Below, one piece after another: positions 63,316 through 64,000 of a stretch of DNA of 64,000 bases (its first letter is position 1; each line of letters opens with the position of its first letter). Origin of the DNA: Xanthobacteraceae bacterium (GTDB taxonomy: Bacteria > Pseudomonadota > Alphaproteobacteria > Rhizobiales > Xanthobacteraceae); the NCBI GenBank assembly GCA_040510815.1, contig JBEVIH010000031.1, forward strand, positions 38,033 through 102,032, written 5' to 3'. Made by a program: the position numbers and the translations under genes. The notes under the pieces are model-generated. The model did not search any database. It was not told where the DNA came from and saw only the letters and a program-made list of their open reading frames with translations.

Positions 63316-64000
63316 ATGACCTACCGCGCGCCGGTCGCCGACATCGCCTTTGCGCTCAAGCACGGCGCCGGGTTCGGCGCGCTGCTCGCCGAGGGTCTCT
63401 ACGGCGACCTCGGCGAGGACGTGGTCGACGCGGTGCTCGAGGAAGCCGGCAAGTTCGCGACCGACGTCCTCGCTCCCCTCAACATGGTCGGCGACCGCCA
63501 CGGCACCCCGTTCAAGGATGGCGCGATCACCACGCCGCCGGGCTGGAAGGAGGCCTACCGCGCCTGGGCGCAAGCCGGCTGGAACGGGCTCGCGGCGCCC
63601 GAGCAGTGGGGCGGGCAGGCGCTGCCGCACGCGCTCAACGCCGCCTGCGTCGAGATGTGGAATTCGGCCGCCATGGCCTTCGGGCTCGGGCCGCTCTTGA
63701 CCATGGCGGGCATCGATGCGCTGGTCGCGCACGGCAGCGACGCGCTCAAGCGCGCCTATCTGCCCAAGCTCGTCTCCGGCGAGTGGATGGGCACGATGCA
63801 GTTGACCGAGCCGCAGGCCGGCTCCGACGTCGGCGCGCTGCGCACCAGGGCCGCGCGCATGCCCGACGGCAGCTATCGCCTCACCGGCCAGAAGATCTTC
63901 ATCACCTACGGCGAGCACGACTTCACCGACAACATCATCCACTTCGTGCTGGCGCGGCTGCCGGACGCGCCGCCCGGCACGCGCGGAATTTCACTGTTCC
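63316..64000 (+). CDS. large acyl-CoA dehydrogenase (FadE-like), 3' end runs off the window
   Basis: Absent from the ORF track (no stop in the window). ATG at 63316 gives MTYRAPVADIAFALKHGAGF..WMGTMQLTEPQAGSDVGALRTRA..GQKIFITYGEHDFTDNIIHFVLARLPDAPPGTRGISLF. Confidence 0.85.
   Translation, partial: MTYRAPVADIAFALKHGAGFGALLAEGLYGDLGEDVVDAVLEEAGKFATDVLAPLNMVGDRHGTPFKDGAITTPPGWKEAYRAWAQAGWNGLAAPEQWGGQALPHALNAACVEMWNSAAMAFGLGPLLTMAGIDALVAHGSDALKRAYLPKLVSGEWMGTMQLTEPQAGSDVGALRTRAARMPDGSYRLTGQKIFITYGEHDFTDNIIHFVLARLPDAPPGTRGISLF

Overview
High-GC (alphaproteobacterial, Bradyrhizobiaceae-like by gene content; inference only) chromosomal segment. It is almost fully coding and mostly ordinary catabolic and transport clusters. 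Left to right: a MacB-type ABC exporter; a degenerate J-domain membrane protein; an Aga-like amino-sugar operon (Tat-exported glycosidase, DMT transporter, GatZ/KbaZ, AgaS, BadF-type kinase); an exported Memo-CapA fusion. Next comes the clear outlier, a 1377-aa TIR / STAND P-loop NTPase / predicted TM helix / WD40 protein followed 70 nt downstream by a co-oriented exported MORN + PAN/Apple protein. After that: a TPP enzyme; a tandem-PDZ protein; a TctC-linked acyl-CoA pathway (two ACADs, crotonase, SCP-x-type thiolase + DUF35, ADP-forming CoA ligase, SDR). Then three tandem RidA genes and a FAD monooxygenase, convergent with an LLM monooxygenase / DHODH-like / NitT-TauT ABC / isochorismatase operon (Rut-like logic). 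Then a Rieske oxygenase cluster; a second NitT-TauT ABC + flavin reductase + LLM monooxygenase cluster; an envelope cluster (YkuD L,D-transpeptidase, DUF2778/Tlde1-like protein); an orphan CoxL-like molybdoenzyme subunit; a Liv-type ABC operon with a palindromic element at the livG 3' end; an amidohydrolase; tRNA-Gln(UUG); and a partial acyl-CoA dehydrogenase. I found no CRISPR array, integrase, transposase, rRNA or recognisable transcription factor. All domain calls come from motifs read by eye in the supplied translations, with no database searches. Many long ORFs in the track are antisense or out-of-frame artefacts of the high GC content and were discarded. The best candidate for a new system is the TIR-STAND-TM-WD40 + MORN/PAN pair at 12259-18799.
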